Assembly (NCBI GenBank): GCA_041571435.1
Contig: JBFFUI010000010.1
Location: 1 to 56,396, forward strand
Length of the DNA: 56,396 nt
Origin: Sulfurimonadaceae bacterium
Lineage (GTDB): Bacteria; Campylobacterota; Campylobacteria; Campylobacterales; Sulfurimonadaceae
Direction of reading: 5' to 3'
Numbering within the stretch: position 1 is the first letter of the stretch; every line of letters starts with the position of its first letter. Positions 41,505 through 48,429 of this stretch are shown here, one piece after another. Both the position numbers and the translations under genes were made by a program. The notes beneath the pieces were generated by a model. That model saw only the letters and a list, made by a program, of their open reading frames with translations. It was not told the origin of the DNA and did no database searches.

Positions 41505-44500
41505 ATGAAACGATTGCGCCTGCCGAATACCTTGCTATTGACACTCAAAAAGCTGCCAGTAAAGAGGCTGATATCGAAAAATGTTCCCGACTGGTTTTCG
41601 CACTTAAACATACACAACCGATATGCGCAGGCCGTTTACCTTTTTATACTGATTGAGCTGCTTTTTTTGATCATTTTGGCCATCGGCAAAGAGAACAAGA
41701 CCCAAAACTATCTTGAACAGAAAACCGCTGAAGCGCAGAGTGCTTATGAGACGGTTCATTACGGTTTTTACAAACTTTCAAAGATCGTTTCTAACTCTAT
41801 AGCCAAAGACAAGAATGTTGTCGAGCTGCTTGAAGAGGCCTCTACAACTGACGGTGAGACACGGACTGTGATCGGAGAAGAGATTGAGGAGCACCTGCAG
41901 GAGGACTTCTTTAATCTTAAAGAGCTCTATTTTCAGGAGATCAGGTTTATCCTTCCCAACAACTACAGCCTATTACATCTGAACGTATCGGGACAGCGCG
42001 GTGTTTACCAGAAGGAAGAGCCGGTTGATGGTGAGCTCAAAGGCATTAGCCCGGACCCGTTTCGTTTTACACACCCTCTTTATAACAAGGAGAATCGTGT
42101 TGTCAGCAGCGTTGAGTTCTCACTTTTGTCAAGTGTCCTGACAAAGGAGCTAGAAAACCTGTTGGAGACGCAGCTTCATTTTGTAAAAAAATCGCATATC
42201 CCTGTTCTCTTGCAAGTCGAAGAGGGCAAAAAAACGCCCAAGAACAGTGCAAAGACACCGAAATACCTCTTTGATAAAGGCACGATGGCAGATATCGCTC
42301 TGCAGACCGAAAACGGCGAAAGTTTTTCGATGGCGATGGATGATCAGGAAAATATCGGCACAGTCACTTTTTTAGCTGTCAAGAGGGGTGAGCCGAAAGG
42401 GAATGCCGATTATCTTGTCTATTTCGAAGATGATCCAAAACTGGCCGTTTTAGCCGGTAAATACAACATAATCCAGCTCTCAGGTATGCTTTTGATAGCG
42501 GGTATCTTTATCTTTGTGCTGATCATGATCAACCGAAAAAAAGAGATCGAAATCCATGTCAATGAGAAGACACAGGAGCTTCAGGAGACGAACCAACTGC
42601 TTAGAGAGCGTTATGAGCTCACATTTGCAGGCGTTGGTGACGGTGTCTGGGACTGGGACCTTGTTAACGACAGGGTCTATTTTTCCAAACGCTGGAAAGA
42701 CATGTTGGGTTATGAAGAAGAAGAGATCGAAAATTCGTTTGAAGAGTGGCGCAAAAGAGTCCATCCTGATGATCTGGAACAAGTGATGATCGATGTTACA
42801 GAAAACATGTCGGGAAAAACGGCCAGACTTGAGAACCTGCACCGTTTGCGACATAAGGATGGGCGCTGGATCTGGATACTTGACCGTGGTCAGACAATCT
42901 TTGATGATGAGGGCAAAGGCATCCGCATGCTTGGAACGCATACCGATATCACCGATAAGAAAGCGCTGGAAGACAAGGTGGCTGAAAACGAAGCGAAACT
43001 GATCGAAGCGCAGACGATCGCTCACCTCGGTAGCTGGGAATGGAACCTATCAGACGACAAGATCAGCTGCAGTGATGAAGTATATCGTATTTTGGGGGAA
43101 GAACCGCAAAGCTTTGTGCCTACGTACAGGAGACTTGTCGCATACCTGCCGACATTAGAAAGAGCGCAGTACAGAGATAACCTGCGAAAGGTTTTGCGGG
43201 ATACGGCCCCAGAGTACAGCTACGAATGGAAAATCCTTAGAAAAGACGGATCAGTCGGTTATGCCTATGTAGCGCTTAAACCGATCTACGATGAGAGAGA
43301 TCGGATCGTAAAAGTGACCGGTACATTTTTGGATATTACTGAGCGTAAAGAGGCGGAAAAGAAGCTCTCTACGCTTAACAAGATGCTGGTTGACTCCTAT
43401 AATAAACAGAAGATCAAGACAAAAGAGATCTCCGAAGCGAAGAAAAAGCTGGAGATCAGCCACAGCAAGGTAATGGCAGCAAAAGCGGAGGCCGAACAGG
43501 CGTCGCGTTCAAAGAGTGAATTTTTGGCTAATATGTCGCATGAGATTCGCACGCCGCTCAATGCGATCAACGGTTTTATCAGTCTGCTCAAAGAGAGTGA
43601 GACGGATAAAGAGAAGTTGAATTATCTGAACATTGTCAACAACTCCTCCAGTTCGCTTCTACAGATCATCAATGATATTCTTGATTTTAGCAAGATCGAA
43701 AGCGGAAAACTGATCATCGAAGAGCTGGATTTTGATCCGAAAAAAGAGCTCATCGGCATGTCCGACCTTTTCAAGCTCAAAGCAGTTGAAAAAGATATCA
43801 GACTCTATGTCGATGGTTGTGAGATGCTGCCTGCTACGCTTCACGGCGATGTGCTGCGTCTGAAACAGATCTTTTCCAACCTGCTCTCCAATGCGATCAA
43901 GTTTACTGAGGATAGAGGGACAATAGTATGTAAGGTCGCGTATGAAGAGGGTCGTCTGCTCTTGGACGTCAAAGACAACGGCATCGGTATTCCTGAAGAT
44001 AAGAAGACAGCGATCTTTGAATCGTTCACCCAAGCTGACGGCTCGACCGTTAGAAAATATGGAGGAACCGGGCTGGGGCTGTCCATCAGTGCCAACCTGG
44101 CAAAACTGCTTGGCGGTGAGTTAAAAGTCGAAAGCCAAGAAGGGGTCGGAAGCCGATTCTTCTTTTCGGCACCTTTTTCATCGGTTCAAGAGAGTACTGA
44201 TAGTGAAAATAAAGTAGAGCAAGTTGAAGATGGGGAGAGTACAGAGGTGAGCGTAGAGCCGGCTGAAGAGAAAGCAAAAATGTTAAAAGGTCATACCCTG
44301 GTGGTTGAAGACAATGAAGCGAACCAGATGTTTATCGGTATCGTGTTGCGGAATGCAGGCTTGACGTATGATACGGCGAACAACGGCCTTGAAGCGATAG
44401 AGATGTTCAAATCAGGTAAGTACGAACTGATCCTGATGGATGAGAATATGCCTAAGTTAAACGGCATCGGTGCGACCAAAGAGATATTGCAGATCGAACG

Positions 44501-44660
44501 CGATGAGGGCCTTGAACATACCCCGATTATGGCCTTGACTGCCAATGCGCTTGTCGGTGACAGACAGATCTTCCTTGAAGCCGGGATGGATGACTATCTG
44601 GCCAAACCGCTTGAACCTGCAGAGCTGCTGGAAAAAATAGAGGCGCTGATAGCGTCTTGA
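41505..44660 (+). CDS. Hybrid sensor histidine kinase (2 TM, periplasmic sensor, 2 PAS, HisKA, HATPase, REC)
   Basis: PAS WDWD...RVHPDD, FLANMSHEIRTPLN, NLLSNAIKFT, DNGIGI, GGTGLGL and receiver LILMDENMP...YLAKP. Confidence 0.96.
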   Translation: MKRLRLPNTLLLTLKKLPVKRLISKNVPDWFSHLNIHNRYAQAVYLFILIELLFLIILAIGKENKTQNYLEQKTAEAQSAYETVHYGFYKLSKIVSNSIAKDKNVVELLEEASTTDGETRTVIGEEIEEHLQEDFFNLKELYFQEIRFILPNNYSLLHLNVSGQRGVYQKEEPVDGELKGISPDPFRFTHPLYNKENRVVSSVEFSLLSSVLTKELENLLETQLHFVKKSHIPVLLQVEEGKKTPKNSAKTPKYLFDKGTMADIALQTENGESFSMAMDDQENIGTVTFLAVKRGEPKGNADYLVYFEDDPKLAVLAGKYNIIQLSGMLLIAGIFIFVLIMINRKKEIEIHVNEKTQELQETNQLLRERYELTFAGVGDGVWDWDLVNDRVYFSKRWKDMLGYEEEEIENSFEEWRKRVHPDDLEQVMIDVTENMSGKTARLENLHRLRHKDGRWIWILDRGQTIFDDEGKGIRMLGTHTDITDKKALEDKVAENEAKLIEAQTIAHLGSWEWNLSDDKISCSDEVYRILGEEPQSFVPTYRRLVAYLPTLERAQYRDNLRKVLRDTAPEYSYEWKILRKDGSVGYAYVALKPIYDERDRIVKVTGTFLDITERKEAEKKLSTLNKMLVDSYNKQKIKTKEISEAKKKLEISHSKVMAAKAEAEQASRSKSEFLANMSHEIRTPLNAINGFISLLKESETDKEKLNYLNIVNNSSSSLLQIINDILDFSKIESGKLIIEELDFDPKKELIGMSDLFKLKAVEKDIRLYVDGCEMLPATLHGDVLRLKQIFSNLLSNAIKFTEDRGTIVCKVAYEEGRLLLDVKDNGIGIPEDKKTAIFESFTQADGSTVRKYGGTGLGLSISANLAKLLGGELKVESQEGVGSRFFFSAPFSSVQESTDSENKVEQVEDGESTEVSVEPAEEKAKMLKGHTLVVEDNEANQMFIGIVLRNAGLTYDTANNGLEAIEMFKSGKYELILMDENMPKLNGIGATKEILQIERDEGLEHTPIMALTANALVGDRQIFLEAGMDDYLAKPLEPAELLEKIEALIAS

Positions 44661-44752
44661 TACCTTTCTTCCCGTTGACAAGCACAATTCTATACTCAAG
44701 ATGAAACAGAGTATTTAAAGTCGTAACAGAGAAAGAACGTCCCTTTTTGTCC

Positions 44753-45097
44753 TTACTTCTCTGTTCTCTGGAGCTCTTTTTTGAACTCTTCCGAAAATGA
44801 AGTCGGCAGGATGGTCCTGTTGATCTTTCTAAAACCGATCTCTACGAATGCGACAACGACTGTACCGGCAGGCAGGGCGGCGATGACAAGCACGATGCTT
44901 ATCTTGATGATGTCAGCTGCCTGTTGTCGGATAAACGCTTTTTCGTCTTGTGTCTTAGCCTGTTTGTAGAGCAGGCGCAGCATGATAAGGGTCTCTTTAT
45001 ATTCGTTATGTGACTGGGCCTTTAAAAGCGCAATTCTCTCTCTGATCTCTTGGCGGCTGATCGTCGGCCGTTTGATGCGTTTAATGTACTTTCTCAT
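44753..45097 (-). CDS. Small hypothetical protein resembling a stand-alone LETM1-like membrane domain
   Basis: DEKAFIRQQAADIIK-[hydrophobic LPAG helix]-ILPTSF pattern. ATGA overlap with the upstream methyltransferase. Confidence 0.6.
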   Translation of the reverse strand: MRKYIKRIKRPTISRQEIRERIALLKAQSHNEYKETLIMLRLLYKQAKTQDEKAFIRQQAADIIKISIVLVIAALPAGTVVVAFVEIGFRKINRTILPTSFSEEFKKELQRTEK

Positions 45098-46038
45098 TTG
45101 TTGGGCACTGCCGTTAAAAAGATATACTCTTTGCCGCTGATACGGACCGTAAATCTCTTCTGTTGTAGATAGCGTTTTGCATAGTCGATGTCGCTAAGCA
45201 GAAGCGAGAGGTCCGATTCGCTGTAGTTGCGCATCTTTGCCCCGTAGACCATTTCTCCATCGATCCAGCGCGAGTTTGGAAACCCCAATATGATAGTGCC
45301 GTTGTCACTGAGATAGTGCTTGACAAGATCCATTAAGAAGGGCTTATAGTTGATGCCTGGGCTCTGCAGCGTGCCGATTGTGATAATAAGGTCGAACCGG
45401 CCTAGTTGCAATGTATCAAGGGCGTTGATGTCGTGGCTGTGGAAGTGCATGTTTGCTGTACTAAAACGGCTTTGCGCCGCTTCTATGGCACTTTTTGCAT
45501 GGTCGATACCGACAAATTCTATCTTCTCAAAGATCTCTTTTGGCAGCAGCTCTTTGATAAGAGCAAACTCATCACCACGGTTGACGCCGAGATTGAGTAC
45601 GCGTGTTTTAGATGCAATGTCAGCGATGTCAAGTGCCTGAAGATAGGCAGTCAGAAAAGCAGGCTCTTCGTTTTTGTTGATCGCAGAAAAGCTTGAACTT
45701 ACGCCGTACTTCTCTGACTTGTCTGCGGCTGCTTCGTCATGAAAAGAGTGTGTCTTTAGTTTTTGAAAACGGAGCATAATCGTCTGATCAGAGGCGGGTT
45801 CAGGTGTCAGCATACGGCAGTTCAGACACGTGGCAAGATCCAGCCAGGAACGCAGTGGACGGTAGAGGTGGCGTTTGCCATTGAGGTTGACCTCTTTGCC
45901 GGCGTAAGCACCGCTACAGAGGTCTGGGTTAAGAACTTCAATGGCAAGCTCCGGCTGCGTCTTCAGTGCTGCTTTGAGTGTGTTGGTGATGGCGAGCATA
46001 CTCTCATCGGTAAACTGTATGATGGGTTGTCCTGACAA
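45094..46038 (-). CDS. Class I SAM-dependent methyltransferase-like protein
   Basis: RVLNLGVNRG (variant motif I), FVGIDH and RFDLIITIGTLQ. The TTG start is uncertain. Confidence 0.82.
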   Translation of the reverse strand: MSGQPIIQFTDESMLAITNTLKAALKTQPELAIEVLNPDLCSGAYAGKEVNLNGKRHLYRPLRSWLDLATCLNCRMLTPEPASDQTIMLRFQKLKTHSFHDEAAADKSEKYGVSSSFSAINKNEEPAFLTAYLQALDIADIASKTRVLNLGVNRGDEFALIKELLPKEIFEKIEFVGIDHAKSAIEAAQSRFSTANMHFHSHDINALDTLQLGRFDLIITIGTLQSPGINYKPFLMDLVKHYLSDNGTIILGFPNSRWIDGEMVYGAKMRNYSESDLSLLLSDIDYAKRYLQQKRFTVRISGKEYIFLTAVPNK

Positions 46039-46250
46039 TATTGGAATCTATGATCGCTATTTTACCTAAAAAAAAGAGGGCTGGCGTTAATTTTTTTCGG
46101 CTTCAAAGACAAACTATTGCTTACTTACAGAAGAGCGGATCGAAGGCTGAAATCGTCATGGGTCTGCAGGTCGTAAAACTCCTGTGATGCCCTGTTTACT
46201 GGAGAATAATGGGGGTGGTTCAACTTAAGGAAATTTTTAGCTGAAAACGA

Positions 46251-46268
46251 TTTTTTTGGGGGTATAAT
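46251..46268 (+). promoter_or_regulatory. Sigma70 promoter for the structured-leader/peptide locus
   Basis: Perfect TATAAT at 46263-46268 preceded by T-tracts (46234-46238, 46251-46257), typical of Campylobacterota. Implies a TSS near 46275. Confidence 0.7.
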
Positions 46269-46274
46269 TTCGCT

Positions 46275-46574
46275 GTGAATCAGGCTGATAGAAAGCTATT
46301 TTGTATACCGACACTGCTTGGCGGTTCGTGTCGGTATACGACCTGAGAAACACGTTGGAATGTCGTTTTTTCCAGGAATGGTTACAGATAAACTGTAGCT
46401 GCAATCCTAGCAAAACAATCTTACCTCAAAATAAATATTGAGGTTACCTTCCGAGTGAAAAAACGTACGATTTATTATTATTCAAGCACAGTCAGGCTTT
46501 TAGCAGGACTGTGCGATGTGCTGTCTTTTGAGCAGAGAAACATTGTGAATAGATTATATAACAGGAGGCAGACA
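46275..46574 (+). ncRNA. Candidate ~300-nt structured leader RNA (no known family recognised)
   Basis: Stems GTATACCGACAC/GTGTCGGTATAC (46303-14/46328-39) closed by TCAGG/CCTGA; GGTTACAG/CTGTAGCT; ACCTCAA/TTGAGGT; GCACAGTC/GACTGTGC closed by TATTCA/TGAATA. Anti-SD at 46521-46530. Confidence 0.6.
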
Positions 46575-46745
46575 ATGCGAACATCTAAATGGTCGATATG
46601 TGAAAGCGGATCAAACCGAAGCCAGTGGTCAATAGGCGGCAAAAGTGTCGGACGAAAAAGTACTAAGAGAAATACAGCGCGTAAAACACAGTGGTCGATT
46701 GGTGGTCAATCATCCAGACAGACACAGTGGTCTATTGGCAGTTAA
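46575..46745 (+). CDS. 56-aa basic peptide with four [QK]WSI[GC] repeats
   Basis: SD AGGAGG (46563-68) 6 nt before the ATG. Sequence MRTSKWSICESGSNRSQWSIGGKSVGRKSTKRNTARKTQWSIGGQSSRQTQWSIGS. Repeat copies differ at synonymous codon positions. Confidence 0.8.
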   Translation: MRTSKWSICESGSNRSQWSIGGKSVGRKSTKRNTARKTQWSIGGQSSRQTQWSIGS

Positions 46746-46757
46746 CTGCAGAACATT

Positions 46758-46808
46758 AAAGGTCTTTACGCTCCAGTTAAGGCAATACGCCTTAACTAAA
46801 GCGCCTTT
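46758..46808 (+). other. Long intercistronic hairpin
   Basis: AGTTAAGGC-AATAC-GCCTTAACT (perfect 9 bp) extended by CGCT/AGCG and AAAGG/CCTTT. Confidence 0.65.
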
Positions 46809-46859
46809 CGTCAAGGGTATTGAAGAAGGAATGGCAGCATTTATCAATAAAGGTGATTG

Positions 46860-47084
46860 ATGTACAAGGTGATCTATAAGTCTCCGTCAAAAGAGCATAT
46901 CAAGATGTTCAAGATGCAAGCAAGTGCCAATGAAGCATTTGCCAATTATAAAATTGACTTGAACGAATTGTCGAAGGAGCAGCGCGAGATGCTTCTGAAT
47001 AAATACGAACTGGACCAGAAAGTGCTCACGTATCAAGAGAGTCTTTTTCTTTCAGTACCACTGGCCGGCGCTCTTTCAGAGTAG
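46860..47084 (+). CDS. Orphan hypothetical protein (74 aa)
   Basis: SD-like AAGGTG just before the ATG (short spacing) and soluble-protein composition. Followed by a terminator-like hairpin. Confidence 0.65.
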   Translation: MYKVIYKSPSKEHIKMFKMQASANEAFANYKIDLNELSKEQREMLLNKYELDQKVLTYQESLFLSVPLAGALSE

Positions 47085-47100
47085 ACTGGCTAACTTTTTT
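47063..47100 (+). terminator. Terminator-like hairpin closing the peptide locus
   Basis: GGCCGG..GCTCT-TTC-AGAGT..CTGGCT followed by AACTTTTTT. A second hairpin CCGGC/GCCGG lies at 47119-47134. Confidence 0.5.
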
Positions 47101-47165
47101 CATACTTTTGTGAACGTCCCGGCGCATTAGCCGGTGATGCAAAACAAACCACTCTCTTTTTTCTT

Positions 47166-47423
47166 TTAGATCTTATCTTTTATGCTGCGAAGCAGTTTGT
47201 CATATTTGGCTTTGAGCTCAAAGTAGGCCTTCTTATAATCGATCTCGTCATCCGTCCTTACCGGTTCGGCTTTCGGTGCTTCGTCGGTCAGGATGACCAT
47301 CTCGTCTTTGCCGTTAATCTTGCGTGTGTCGGAGGGGATCTTGCCGGCCTTAGCCAGTTTTATGACATTAAAGAGGCTGATCTTGTGTTTGATTGCGTAC
47401 TCTTTGAGGGTAAGCTCTTTCAT
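47166..47423 (-). CDS. Small protein with HTH/excisionase-like N-terminus and C-terminal coiled coil
   Basis: LTLKEYAIKHKISLFNVIKLAKAGKIP resembles an HTH_17/MerR-like DNA-binding motif. ATGA overlap with the upstream gene. Confidence 0.7.
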   Translation of the reverse strand: MKELTLKEYAIKHKISLFNVIKLAKAGKIPSDTRKINGKDEMVILTDEAPKAEPVRTDDEIDYKKAYFELKAKYDKLLRSIKDKI

Positions 47424-48337
47424 GCGTTTCCTTTCTGGAAGATAAGGTTTTTTAGACTGCGTTCATCGTCATCACTCGGGAAACTCTCCATGTTCTCCAG
47501 ACGTTTGACGTAGGTGAACTCGGGAGCGTTCTCTTTGAAGAGTGTTTTGATGAAGCCGGTGTCAAGTTCAGGGGCGTTGAGCGCCGATAGAACGGTACAG
47601 TTCTCTGCAGCAAGCTGGTCAAGCCGTTTGATGATCTTCTCATAGTCGCTGGTCGCTGCAAATGAGCCACGCTGAAAGCTGGGAGGATCGATGATGATCA
47701 TATCGTATGGTCCCGCTTTTTTGATGCGGCTCCAGGACTTGAGGATGTTGTAAGGCATAAAACGGCAGCCTCGGATATCCTGACCGTTATATCGGTGGTT
47801 GTCACGTCCGGTCGCGAGTGCCCCTTTGGCCATGTCGACATTGACGACCGATTTGGCACCTCCGGCCATCGCTGCGACTGAGAAGGGGCAGGTGTAGGCA
47901 AAGAGGTTCAGGACGTTTTTGCCTTTGGCGTTGTCTCGGACAAAGTCACGGCCTATCTTCATGTCCGGGAAGAAGCCGATGTTTTGGTTGCTCAGGAAAT
48001 TCAGCTTGTATTTTAGGCCGTTCTCAAAGGCAAAGGTCTCGTCCGGGAGTTCGCCCTCTACAAGTTCCGTCGGCGCACCTTTTTGGTAACGGCGCTGCAC
48101 GACGAGGGCCTCCCATTTGCCTTCAGACCCATAGAACTCTTTCAGCATATCGATGATGGCTTCTTCTTGGTAATCAGGGGCAAAAAAAGCAGCATAGAGT
48201 ACCTTGTCAGCGCTGTCGACAGTCAGGAACTTAAAGGCGCCGTAAAAGCCGCCGCGACCGTGAAAGAGACGGGTGTACTCTTCGTTTTTCTCTTTGGCGT
48301 TGGTAGCCAGCAGTTGTTGTAGCTCTTCTAAGGTCAT
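47420..48337 (-). CDS. RlmI/RlmK-like class I SAM-dependent methyltransferase
   Basis: RLFHGRG, NIGFFPDM, NVLNLFAYT, VNVDM and IIIDPPSF. Confidence 0.9.
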   Translation of the reverse strand: MTLEELQQLLATNAKEKNEEYTRLFHGRGGFYGAFKFLTVDSADKVLYAAFFAPDYQEEAIIDMLKEFYGSEGKWEALVVQRRYQKGAPTELVEGELPDETFAFENGLKYKLNFLSNQNIGFFPDMKIGRDFVRDNAKGKNVLNLFAYTCPFSVAAMAGGAKSVVNVDMAKGALATGRDNHRYNGQDIRGCRFMPYNILKSWSRIKKAGPYDMIIIDPPSFQRGSFAATSDYEKIIKRLDQLAAENCTVLSALNAPELDTGFIKTLFKENAPEFTYVKRLENMESFPSDDDERSLKNLIFQKGNA

Positions 48338-48429
48338 ACTCTATCTTTCAAAAATGTGTTGAAATTATAGCAGTTATTTTGAAGCACGAAGTAGCATCTG
48401 TAAAGCAAACCCGTGTTATTATCGTTCTT

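Noticed and set aside
46280-46370. Hammerhead ribozyme (CTGATAGA...GAAAC...TGTC)
   Set aside because: The core is not CUGANGA, and the sequence after GUC cannot form stem I with the sequence before CUGA.
46455-46745. 96-aa version of the repeat peptide starting at GTG 46455
   Set aside because: No SD before 46455, and the extension runs through the structured leader. ATG 46575 has AGGAGG at good spacing.
46587-46745. CRISPR-like or DNA-level repeat array (CAGTGGTC.AT.GG)
   Set aside because: The units are short, in frame and vary at wobble positions. Spacing is irregular and there are no cas genes.
46725-46745. Encapsulin cargo-loading peptide (L.IGSL-like) at the peptide C-terminus
   Set aside because: Only SIGS matches, the flanking Leu residues are missing, and no encapsulin gene is in the window.
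46575-46810. Tryptophan attenuator leader peptide
   Set aside because: The Trp codons are dispersed rather than tandem, the peptide is long, and no trp biosynthesis or transport gene follows.
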